DNA from: Vicinamibacteria bacterium
GTDB taxonomy: Bacteria; Acidobacteriota; Vicinamibacteria; Vicinamibacterales; JAENWD01
Assembly (NCBI GenBank): GCA_963806705.1
Contig: CAWDZE010000007.1
Span: forward strand, 25,037 to 89,036
DNA: 64,000 nt
Direction of reading: 5' to 3'
Shown here piece after piece: positions 52,547-61,772 of this stretch. The notes beneath the pieces were generated by a model. It had not been told where the DNA came from, ran no database searches, and saw only the letters and a list, made by a program, of their open reading frames with translations. The first letter of the stretch is position 1. Every line of letters begins with the position of its first letter. The position numbers were made by a program, and so were the translations under genes.

Positions 52547-53129
52547 CTATTTCGGCGTGAAGGACAACTCGAGGGTCACGCGCACGGGGACCGCTTGCCG
52601 AAGCGCCGGCCTGGCGTGAACCGCCACTTCCGCGCGGCCTCGAGCGCCTCCCGATCGAGACCATACACGCGGTCTTCCCGTTGGGCAGGACGACCAGCGC
52701 TATCCAGACCACGCCCTGAATGCCGCGTCCCAGCGCGTCGGCTGTGTACCTGGGCCGGACCTCCTTTTTGACCCGAGGCCCCTCGAGGTCGCCGCCGGGC
52801 GTGTTACTGGTAGACCCCGAGGCGTCTGGCTGCCGGGCGAGCGCCGGCAGCACCGGTGCGTACACGCCGATCGGAACAAGGCAAAGGAGGAGGCGTACGT
52901 CAAGCAACCTGCGCAATATGGCAAGACCTTCCCCACCCACTCCGAGATTTCGGTCAGCAGCGCGGAGGTGGGCGTCGAACCATCGGCGTCCCGTGCCGGC
53001 CGACCTCGAGTCCGCGCATCGTGGTGGCGGGTTCTTCAACGTCTCGACGAGGCGGCGGCTGCTGGGGACCGCGATGCCGTCGTCACGGCTGGCGGCGCCG
53101 AAGGTTGTGATGGCGGGGTGCCGCTCCAT
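52547..53129 (-). pseudogene. TonB-family protein remnant, at least 2 frame disruptions in the C-terminal domain
   Basis: PRVKKEVRPRYTADALGRGIQGVVWIALVVLPNGKT is followed, in shifted frames, by VYGLDREALEAARKWRFTPGRRFGK and VPVRVTLELSFTPK* (stop 52547-52549). Confidence 0.5.
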
Positions 53130-53199
53130 GAAATGCGGGTCCGTCGGCGTTAGCGGTCCGCTGAGGACGACCAGCGCCTTGATTGCCGCTGCGCCGCGC

Positions 53200-53470
53200 G
53201 AGCTAGATCGAGCTGTTCACGCCGCAGCTGGCGCCGCCGCCTGCCAGGCGCGGCGTCCACATCCTAGTCCTCGACTATCGCGGGTACGGCGACAGCCCGC
53301 GCGCCACGGGCGCCCCTGCCGGGCAGCAGGATCGAGACAAGATGCCGGCGACGTCGACGCGGCCTTTGCCGTGGATGAACGCGATGGCGGGGGAATCGAA
53401 ACAAGCCGCGCCGCGCTTCTGCGCAGACCTGCGATCGAATTATCGCTCCGGCGTCGATTCCCTTAGAGCA
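53200..53470 (+). pseudogene. Alpha/beta-hydrolase gene fragment
   Basis: GVHILVLDYRGYGDSP, then in another frame DAGDVDAAFAV.... In-frame stop upstream. The fragment ends where the low-GC segment begins. Confidence 0.35.
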
Positions 53471-53510
53471 TGCTCACGGGAGGTGCAGCCAACCAACACT
53501 GACAAAGCAC

Positions 53511-55907
53511 TTAAGATACCGCTCGGGTCGGGATGAACGAATCGAAGTCAAGTTCTGCACGGTCGAGCAATGACGCGAGCGTCGAACCGTCCTCTGGCAT
53601 GCGAACGACCGTTGCCTGCAGCCTCGGACCTAGACGTTCGCCCGAAGCCTTCACGACGCGCTCCCCGGCCGAACTGGCAGAAGCGCCGTCTCCGTCCGCA
53701 ATAAGGCAAACAAGTGTGCGTTCGTCGCACACAAAAACCAGGTCACCGCCGCGGAGATTTGAATAGACTTCGCCAACAACTTGCGACAGAGTGGACCGCA
53801 TACTTTCTATGCTAGGCGCGACGCGGAGTGCCAAAAGAAACAACGATCTAGTTGGCCGCCCCTCCAAGAACTGCCTCAAGTATTGATCTAAGTGCGGAGC
53901 AGCCAATTGGCCATCGAGAAGCAGTTGGCTGGCCTGTCCAACTGACCTTCGACGCCTCAGAATGGGCGCAAGATGACTGGCCACTCCTTCGATGATTTCG
54001 GTATGGCGTCGCGTGAATGCTTCGAGCTTCGATGCGTAAAGGGTCACCACTCCGACCAGAGTGTCGCCTCTCAGTATCGGAGCACTCAGACTGCTCAGAA
54101 AGTCCTTCAGCAGCGCCGAAGGTTCATCATCCGAATCTAACGCGCCCGGTGAGTTGACAACGGTTCTCTTATGAGCTGCGACCCACCCAGACAGGCCCTG
54201 ACCAACTTTGAGTCTGCGCCCTCTTAGGGCTGCGATAGTTTCTCCGTGAACAGTCTCACAGACGAGTTCGTCTATGCTCGACTCATAGACAAGCACCACG
54301 GCGGCGTCAAACGAGACCACAGAGCGGAGTCGATGCAGGACGAGGTCGGCCGTGTCCTGCCAAGGTCTATCAGTCGCATCAGCAAGTATCTGGTAAACGC
54401 GGAAGAGCGAAACTTCGTCTCCGGCATCATTCAGCCGTGTTACAGCGTTTCGCAGGTCGGACGAGCGAGAAATCCGTTCGAGTTGTGGCGGAGTGATATC
54501 AGTCTGAGCTGCTTCAGTCTGGGAAACCAGGACGGGTTGCAGCTTAATGAACGCGTCGACGACCATAGGATCGTACATGGTCGATCGCCGGTCCAACAAG
54601 ATTTGGGTGGCCGTCTCCGAACTAAGCCGTGGCCGATAAGGGCGATCGGATGTTAGTGCGTCAAAACAGTCAACAACTGACAGGATCCTCGCACCAATCG
54701 GAATATCGATGCCCGAAAGACCAGTGGGATAACCCGATCCATCCCAGTTTTCATGGTGGTGGCGCACGATTGGAACAACAGGGTAGGGAAATTCAATCGA
54801 GGACAAGATGTCCGCACCGATGCTCGCGTGAAGCTTCATTTTCTCAAACTCGGCTTCGGTGAGCTTTCCTGGCTTGTTCAAAATGTGCTCTGGAACTGCC
54901 AGCTTTCCCATGTCATGTAGTAGCGCCGACGCTTCTATCGCTTTCAGCTGTTCGTGGCAAACAATCCCGATGGATTTCGCAAGTTCGACAGCGAAAGTCT
55001 GAACGCGCCGAATGTGACCGTGTGTCACTTGATCCTTGGCGTCAATCGCCAGGGCCAGAGTTTCAATGGTCGACAAGTACAGAGAATTGACTTTAGTGAG
55101 ATGGCGATTTGTGTCTTCGACACGCGCCATCGGAATTTTGAACGTGAAATAGAGAATCAACAGAAGAGGAACAATCACGCTGAGGTACGCGGGGTCGATA
55201 TCGCGAGTGTAGACAACTAGGAGAGCGGATACCGAGGCGCCACCAAAGTAGTTGAGGGACAACCACAAAAAATCGCGTCTCCAAATGTCCCAGACGTTTC
55301 TCCCTGTTTCGAACCCTACCGCAATAGCGATCAACAGACTGTTGATTACGAAATGAAGAAACGTGAATGCCAGTAGTGGAAAGACTATCTGATTAATTCC
55401 TATTCGGCTTGATATTAGCGGCTTGACCTCAGGGAACAGGAAATATGCTTGGGCCGCAATCCATATCGAAAGCGCAGGAGCAGCCATGTTGAACGCAATG
55501 CGGTAGAGCTCCTTCCGCCGCCTTGCGAACCACGACGAAATAATGAGTCCGTCCAGGGCAACGATTGTTGTGCCCGCTGAAGGGCCGTAGAGCAAAACCG
55601 AAGTAAAGACGAAGGTTTCGGAGATCGAAATTGTCGCAGGGACTGAAGGAAGCTTGACAGTCGCTGACCCGCTTAGCAATGTAAGGACGGCAAGAATCAG
55701 CCAACGCGGCCCAAGGGACTCGCGCCACACTTCGGTAATGGAGTGGGCGATTACCGCCGTGCCAGCGATGGCTACGACGGCTACAAAGAATTGGCCACGT
55801 TGCGGCAGAAGTCTGTAGCTCATCGGATCGAACGACCAATACGGTATGGCCGTCGTCCGGACCTCGACCCCCGTATCCGAATCGCTATATCGGCCGTTTA
55901 GGTCCAA
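53511..55907 (-). CDS. Membrane-anchored HD-GYP phosphodiesterase with GAF and degenerate GGDEF-like C-terminal domains
   Basis: About 8 N-terminal TM helices. HD-GYP core HGHIRRV ... LLHDMGK ... HHENWDGSGYP. A GAF-like segment follows, then RGGDLVFVCDERTLVCLIADGD in place of GGDEF. Conspicuously AT-richer than its surroundings. Confidence 0.8.
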   Translation of the reverse strand: MDLNGRYSDSDTGVEVRTTAIPYWSFDPMSYRLLPQRGQFFVAVVAIAGTAVIAHSITEVWRESLGPRWLILAVLTLLSGSATVKLPSVPATISISETFVFTSVLLYGPSAGTTIVALDGLIISSWFARRRKELYRIAFNMAAPALSIWIAAQAYFLFPEVKPLISSRIGINQIVFPLLAFTFLHFVINSLLIAIAVGFETGRNVWDIWRRDFLWLSLNYFGGASVSALLVVYTRDIDPAYLSVIVPLLLILYFTFKIPMARVEDTNRHLTKVNSLYLSTIETLALAIDAKDQVTHGHIRRVQTFAVELAKSIGIVCHEQLKAIEASALLHDMGKLAVPEHILNKPGKLTEAEFEKMKLHASIGADILSSIEFPYPVVPIVRHHHENWDGSGYPTGLSGIDIPIGARILSVVDCFDALTSDRPYRPRLSSETATQILLDRRSTMYDPMVVDAFIKLQPVLVSQTEAAQTDITPPQLERISRSSDLRNAVTRLNDAGDEVSLFRVYQILADATDRPWQDTADLVLHRLRSVVSFDAAVVLVYESSIDELVCETVHGETIAALRGRRLKVGQGLSGWVAAHKRTVVNSPGALDSDDEPSALLKDFLSSLSAPILRGDTLVGVVTLYASKLEAFTRRHTEIIEGVASHLAPILRRRRSVGQASQLLLDGQLAAPHLDQYLRQFLEGRPTRSLFLLALRVAPSIESMRSTLSQVVGEVYSNLRGGDLVFVCDERTLVCLIADGDGASASSAGERVVKASGERLGPRLQATVVRMPEDGSTLASLLDRAELDFDSFIPTRAVS

Positions 55908-55911
55908 ACGA

Positions 55912-57868
55912 TTATTCTTGCCATCTCAACCCCTGTAAGTTGCTCATCAACAAGGCCGTGTGATTCGTGCTAGTTGCCCCACACCAGGCTGTCGGCGTTG
56001 CCCCACACCAGGCTGTCTGGCGTTGCCCCAGACCAGGCTGTCGGGCGTTGCCCCACACCAGGCTGTCGGCATTGCCCCACACCAGGCTGTCGGCATTGCC
56101 CCACACCAGGCTGTCGGCGTTGCCCCAGACCAGGCTGTCGGCGTTGCCCCACACCAGGCTGTCGGCGTTGCCCCACACCAGGCTGTCGGCGTTGCCCCAC
56201 ACCAGGCTGTCGGCGTTGCCCCAGACCAGGCTGTCGGCGTTGCCCCACACCAGGCTGTCGGCGTTGCCCCACACCAGGCTGTCGGCGTTGCCCCACACCA
56301 GGCTGTCGGCGTTGCCCCACACCAGGCTGTCGGCGTTGCCCCACACCAGGCTGTCGGCGTTGCCCCACACCAGGCTGTCGGCGTTGCCCCACACCAATGC
56401 GCCGCCCCATACCAGGCTCTCGGAACTGCCCCAAACTAGTGCGTTTGCTAGAACCAGGGTGCCGACGTCTGTTGCCCAAACTTGCAGTCGCAACTCCAGA
56501 GTTCACGATGGTTTCAGCCGCCACTCGAGTTGAGATCTGTGCAGGTCCGCTCTTGGCCAGTTGCACGGCCGCGGCCGCGTTCAGGCTCCCGGCGCCGGCG
56601 CAGGTCAATCCCTCTTCCTTCATGAACGTGCTGCTCATCTGCAGCGCGATCCGCACCTGCAGCGGGCTCAGCTTCGGGTTGGCTTCCAGCGCCAGCGCCA
56701 CCACGCCGCTCACCACGGCCGCCGCCTGGCTCGTCCCCGACATCTCGAACACCCCGTGCTGCCCGTTGCCCGAAATCAGCTTCTCCGGGAACCGCTTCGC
56801 CAGCGTGCTGCCCGGCGCGTAGAGCGAGTGCAGCCGCCGCCCCGGCGCCGCGATGTCCGGCTTCACCTGCTGATCGAACAGCGTCGGCCCGCAGGAGCTG
56901 AAGTCCGCGATGGTGTCGTCGCTCCGCCGTGCCGTCCCGTTGTCGTCAATCGCCCCCACCGTCAGCGCGTAGCGGCGAGTTGCCCGGCGACGTGATCGTG
57001 CGCAGCGCCCGCCGCCCGTCCTCGGTCTTGCCGTAGTTGCCCGCCGAGACCACCACCACCAGCCCGGCCTCGATACGCGCGCTTGACGGCCTGGCACAGC
57101 GGGTCGTCCACGTAGCTCTCAAACACCGGCCGGCCCAGCGACAGGTTGATCACCCGCAGGCCGAACTTCTCCTTGTGCTCGATTGCGAAGTCGATCGCCC
57201 TGATGACGTCGCTCGTCAGGCCCGAGCCGTCCGCCCCCAGCACCTTCAGGCTCACCAGCGACGCGTCCGGCGCCACCCCCTTGAACTCCGCGCTGTTGCC
57301 GGCGACCAGGCCCGCGATGTGCGTGCCGTGCCCCAGCTCGTCTTCGCCCGTGCCGTTCGACTTGGTGAAGTCCACGCTCGCCAGGAACTTCCTCGCCAGC
57401 GCCCTGTGTCTGGAGTAGCCGCTGTCGGCCAGCGCGACGACGATGCCGCGCCCGGTGACCGACCCCACGCCCGGCAGCGACCCGGCCCATGCCTGGTCGG
57501 CGCCGATGGCCTGGTTGGTCACGTCCGTCATCGACCGCACGAGCGTGTCGCCCGACAGGTGTCCGACGCCGCAGATCCGCGGCCAGCGCCCGCAGCTGCG
57601 CGCCGCTGGCCCGCAGCACCGCGCCGGTCTTCAGCCACTTGGCAATCAAAGCCCCGGTACGCGCCGCCACGGCTTTCACCGTCGGCGGGTCGGCCTGGAA
57701 GATCACGTCGCGCCCGGCGCCGGAGGCCACGGCGTCGGCGACGTCTTTCGACAGCTTCGCGCGCGGAGCGGCGATGGCCTCGGATGCGACCAGCAATGCC
57801 AGCAGCCCCAGCAGGAGCGCAAGCAACCCCAGCTCGCCAAAAGCCTTCCGTCGACCGCGCCTCGTCAT
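55912..57868 (-). pseudogene. Secreted S8 (subtilisin-family) peptidase with C-terminal octapeptide-repeat domain, multiple frame disruptions
   Basis: Signal peptide, then catalytic D (VALADSGY), H (HGTHIAG) and S (SGTSQAAAVVSG). Frame changes near 57570, 57075, 56975, 56480 and inside repeat units at about 56040 and 56015. GGAGG precedes the ATG at 57868. Confidence 0.8.
55973..56394 (-). repeat. About 17 near-identical 24-bp tandem repeats encoding ADSLVWGN, plus about 4 degenerate units up to about 56490
   Basis: The + strand unit is GTTGCCCCACACCAGGCTGTCGGC. Variants are cac/cag and gtt/att only. Units 2 and 3 (55997-56046) are 25 nt each. Confidence 0.95.
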
Positions 57869-58119
57869 CGTCCGCCTCCGACTCTGGAAAGATTGCGCGT
57901 GCCGCGATCCGCGACGACGTGCAGGGACTCGAGCAGCACCCGTTGGCTGCGGCCCAGCGTCCGCACGGTCCGCAGCCAGCCGCTCGAAATCAGGTTGTAG
58001 ACAGTGCGCCGCGAGCAGCCCAGAAGCTCCGCCGCCCGGTCGATGCTCACGCTTCTGCCAATCCGTGGACCCTTGGCCGGTTCGGCAGGGGTCGGGGCGG
58101 GAAGTTGGAGATCGGACAT
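57865..58119 (-). CDS. Excisionase-family helix-turn-helix DNA-binding protein
   Basis: 84 aa with SIDRAAELLGCSRRTVYNLISSGWLRTVRTLGRSQRV (HTH_17-like). The stop overlaps the S8 peptidase ATG (ATGA). Confidence 0.65.
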   Translation of the reverse strand: MSDLQLPAPTPAEPAKGPRIGRSVSIDRAAELLGCSRRTVYNLISSGWLRTVRTLGRSQRVLLESLHVVADRGTRNLSRVGGGR

Positions 58120-58203
58120 GAGCCAGGGAGCCTCCGTTGCCTCCCGGCAATGGCAGGATGGGTGCCACGCTGTGAAACCGTGGCTGGCCCATCCGTGTAA
58201 TCC

Positions 58204-58260
58204 ATTGAATCTGCGTAATTTCGCCCTCAATCTGCAATCTGCAATCTGCAATCTGCAATT
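58204..58260 (+). repeat. Heptamer array with a (TGCAATC)n core
   Basis: ctcaatc tgcaatc tgcaatc tgcaatc tgcaatt at 58226-58260, preceded by degenerate units (attgaat ctgcgtaatt). Confidence 0.85.
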
Positions 58261-58411
58261 CCCGCCGACTCGGCCAATCCATTGCCCAGCTACAGGCCTA
58301 AGTGCTTGGATCTGCACGGAAAATATTGCTGAGATCGAATTTGCGCAGGGCTCAGCCGTTCGAGATTGGGTGGCCAATCCGTTGGCCGGCCGGGCTAAGA
58401 TCCTGCCCACC

Positions 58412-60122
58412 ATGTTTCGCCGGGTTGCAGCCGTCGCCCTTGTGCTCGTTCTGGCCGGAATTGCCGTGTTTTTCTACAGCCGGACGGCCGTCGCGCCGGG
58501 CCGCAGGCCCGCGATGGCCCCGCCAGGGGCGAAGCCGGGCGGGACCCTCACGGCGACGCTCCGCGCGGAGCCGGCGACGTTCAACCGCTTCGTGTCCAAC
58601 GGCTTTCCCACCCACCTGGTGAGCCTGCTCACCGACGGCCGCCTGGTGCGGGTGAACCCGGAGACCGATCGGCCCGAGCCGTGGCTGGCCGAAAAGGTCA
58701 GCCGCACGGACACCGCCATCGACATCACGCTGCGGCCGGGCCTCCGCTTTTCCGACGGCACGCCTGCTCACGGCAGACGACGTGGTGTGGTCGCTGAAGG
58801 CGGCGTACGCGACGGCGCAGGGCGCGGTGGGAGACGGGCTGCGGCTCGACGGCGCGGAGATCCAGGCGCGCGCGGAGTCCCCGACGCGCGTCGTGCTGAC
58901 GCTGCCGGGCCCGTGGGCGACGGCGGACCGGCTGCTCGAGGCGCTGCCCATCTACCCGCGCGCGGTCGTCGAGCCGGCGCTCTCGTCGAACACGTTTGCC
59001 GCGGCGTGCTCGACCACGGCGCCCTGCCCGGGCCTGGGGCCGTTTGCCGTCGCGCGGTACGAGGCGGGCCAGCGCGTGGTCCTCGAGCGCAACCCGCACT
59101 ACTGGCGGACCGACGCGGCCGGCGCGAAGCTGCCGTACCTCGACAGCCTCGTGCTGGAGATCGTCCCGGACCAGAACGCGGAGCTGGTGCGGCTGACCGG
59201 CGGCCAGGCCGACGTGCTGCAGTCGGAGCTGCGGTCGGAAGACGTCCGCACGCTGCGCCCCGAGGCGGACGCGGGCAGAGTCGTCCTCACCGATGTCGGC
59301 CCCGGCCTCGATCGCCACATGCTGTGGTTCAACCTGGGGCCCGCGCCAATCGATCCGGCCAAGGCGTTCCTGCGGCAGGACGCGTTCCGCCAGGCCGTGT
59401 CGCTCGCCGTCGATCGCACCGGCTTTGCCAACACGGTGTTCCTCGGCGCGGCCACGGCGTCATCCGAGCCCGTGTCGGAGGCCAACAAGGCGTGGACCGT
59501 CGTCGATCTGCCGCGGCCCACCTACAATCCCGCGCAGGCCGCGACGCTGCTCGACGGCATCGCGCTGCGCGATCGGAACAACGACGGCATCCGCGAGGAC
59601 GCCTCGGGCCGTCCCGTGCGCTTCGCGGTGCTGGTGCAGTCGGGCATCACCGCGGCGCAGACGGCGATGGGCTTCGTGCGCGACGCGCTCGGCAACGTCG
59701 GCGTCGGCATGGACATCGTCGCGCTGGACATGGGCACGGTGATGGGCCAGTGGAAGCAGGGGCAGTACGACGCGGTGTTCCAGTACATCCAGGTGAGCGA
59801 CACCGATCCGGCCAGCAGCATGGACTTCTGGCTGTCGCGCGGCAGCTTCCACCTGTGGCATCCGGGGCAGGCCACGCCGGCGACGCCGTGGGAGGCGGAG
59901 ATCGATCGGCGCATGCTGCTGGTGGCATCCACGACGGACCAGGCCGCGCGCGTCAGGGAATTCGCGGAGGTGCAGCGGCTGATGCTGACGCACAACCCGG
60001 CGATCTGGTTCGCGGCGCCGCGCGTGTTCGTCGCCACGCGCCCGCGTGTCGGCGGGGTCGTGCCGCGGCTGACGCGGCCGCAGGTGCTGTGGAGGGCGGA
60101 CGAGCTCTACATCGTCAATTGA
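58412..60122 (+). pseudogene. ABC transporter substrate-binding protein (family 5, peptide/nickel type), orphan, frame disruption near 58765
   Basis: N-terminal TM anchor, then GGTLTATLRAEPATFN. RFSDGTP-g-LTADDVVWSLKAAY shows a 1-nt insertion. Also ERNPHYW. No permease or ATPase genes are adjacent. Confidence 0.75.
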
Positions 60123-60146
60123 CGATTGCAGATTGACGATTACGCC
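60111..60146 (+). repeat. Heptamer array (TGACGAT/TGCAGAT) with central palindrome CGTCAATTGACG, spanning both convergent stop codons
   Basis: atcgtcaat tgacgat tgcagat tgacgat tacgcc. The SBP stop is at 60120-60122 and the DUF3574 stop at 60140-60142. Confidence 0.8.
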
Positions 60147-60562
60147 GAGACACACACGCGCGCGCTTTCCCACAGGACGGTTTGCTGCTCGAACGTCTTG
60201 CGATACGCCTCGGCAACGGCCAGGACCGATTGCCGCGCCGCCGGCGTATCCGGATGGACCAGGAGCAGGACCTTCGACTGCTCGTGATCGAGGCTGCCAG
60301 CCGGTGTCAGCCACTGGCCCTCCGCCTCCCACACGGTCAGCCCGTCGGGAAACCGCCTGGTCACTTCGTCGCGCAGGAATATCTGCCACTCGAGCTCGGT
60401 GACCGAGCCCTTCGGCCGCGCGAGCCCGAAATAGAGCGTCGTGCGGACTTGCGGGACCGACGACGCGTCGCAGCCCATGAGGACTGCGGATCCTTGCGCC
60501 CCGGCCGGGGGCTGCAGGCGCCCGCCGGCCGCCAGGCCGGCGGCGAAGATCAACGTGCCCAC
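60140..60562 (-). CDS. DUF3574-like lipoprotein
   Basis: LMGC lipobox, then TTLYFGLARPKGSVTELEWQIFLRDEVTRRFPDGLTVWEAEGQW. GTG start. An upstream ATG (MRPLMIL) is 1 nt out of frame. Confidence 0.55.
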   Translation of the reverse strand: MGTLIFAAGLAAGGRLQPPAGAQGSAVLMGCDASSVPQVRTTLYFGLARPKGSVTELEWQIFLRDEVTRRFPDGLTVWEAEGQWLTPAGSLDHEQSKVLLLVHPDTPAARQSVLAVAEAYRKTFEQQTVLWESARVCVSA

Positions 60563-60589
60563 AGAGAATCATCAGCGGTCGCATGGACC

Positions 60590-60869
60590 ATCCTCCTCGC
60601 GCCAGCTGTTCGGCGCGCATCGTTCTTCCTGGTCGGCGCGAGCCGGCATAGCCGACGAGCGCCCACCGTCCATCGCGTCGGCCAGATGTTTCCCCTGGTG
60701 CCCTGCGGGCGTCAAGTACCCGAGACTCGAATTGTGCGACGGCACCCAGGACCTCGAGAATTAGGGTGCGCGCCGGATCGCCGTCCGCGGTCCTAGGATC
60801 GGCCCCGTCAGCCGTCCAGACACGCGAGCCGATTCGTGTGAACTGATTGACGATAACCTCGTTGACCAT
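60590..60869 (-). pseudogene. Serine recombinase (resolvase/invertase) remnant lacking the catalytic N-terminus
   Basis: VIVNQFTRIGSRVWTADGADPRTADGDPARTLILEVLGAVAQFES resembles the resolvase core (…DRLxR…, …AEFER). The downstream part is frame-scrambled and runs into the DUF3574 start. Confidence 0.4.
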
Positions 60870-61092
60870 GAGATCTCGGGCCGGCGTCGTGAAGAAAGGA
60901 ACCTGGAGCGTCGTTCGTGCTACTGTGTGCCCCCCGAGCGCATCAATGACAGTCGCTTATCGCGCCAAGTTGATTGGGCACCCGGCGGCAGGCGGCGCAA
61001 CCCTGACGCAACCGAAGCGCCCATCACGCGCATGCCGGCCCATCGCAGCAGCTGCCACCTCTCAATCGGACCCACCACCAACTGGCGATGCC

Positions 61093-61497
61093 ATGAATGA
61101 GGAAACAGTCGTAACCCGAGTGCTCGCTGACTATTACGACGCCTTCAGTACTCTCGAAGTCCATGCGGTGTTGCCGTACTTTCACGAGCCGTCGGTACTG
61201 ATTGGACCGCAAGGGGTGTTCGCCGCGCCCACCTACGCCGTCCTGACGACGGCTTTCACGCCCGCCATGGAAGGCCTCCGCGCCAGAGGCTTTGGTCGAA
61301 GTGAGCTGAGTGTGCGAAACGTTAAATCGTTGAGTGCCACGGCGACATTGGTTACAGGCGTTGCGGTTCGATACAAGGTGGACGGACAGGAGTTGGAGCG
61401 CGTAGGTGTCACGTACGTGCTGCACAAGGCAGACACTCGCTGGAAGATCGCTGTGTTGATTGTCAACGATGCCAATGAGGTCGCGTTGCATGAATGA
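61093..61497 (+). CDS. NTF2-fold hypothetical protein
   Basis: 134 aa. VLADYYDAFSTLEVHAVLPYFHEPSVLIGPQG ... TRWKIAVLIV. Family not resolved. Confidence 0.5.
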   Translation: MNEETVVTRVLADYYDAFSTLEVHAVLPYFHEPSVLIGPQGVFAAPTYAVLTTAFTPAMEGLRARGFGRSELSVRNVKSLSATATLVTGVAVRYKVDGQELERVGVTYVLHKADTRWKIAVLIVNDANEVALHE

Positions 61498-61772
61498 CCG
61501 AGGAACCGATCACGACAGACTCTCGCACAGGCCGCACTCTGACTTATCTTGGGTTCGTGGTTCGAATGACTATTACGGAGGGCGTCGTCCTGGTGCGAAC
61601 CTGTTCGCCGAGAGTGTGGTCGCGATGTCCGCTGTGAAGAAACCGATCCCCGCGATACCCCCGGCCATCGCTCACGTTTGAATCCGACGCCGACTCGCCG
61701 ACGGGACCACGATGGCCTCCAGGGCCACTGCGCTCGTCAGCTTCAAGCGCCTGTGCCACGGCTCCTTGCGCC

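Noticed and set aside
55973-56394. Possible CRISPR array (regular 24-bp repeats)
   Set aside because: The repeats are directly abutting with no spacers. They lie inside a protein-coding region and encode a conserved octapeptide.
61545-61585. tRNA-like T-loop sequence GGTTCGAAT
   Set aside because: The flanking bases do not form a T-stem (cgtgg / gacta), and no acceptor or anticodon arms can be drawn. The local gggttcgtgg motif also occurs at 1406-1415, at the end of the degenerate octamer tract there.
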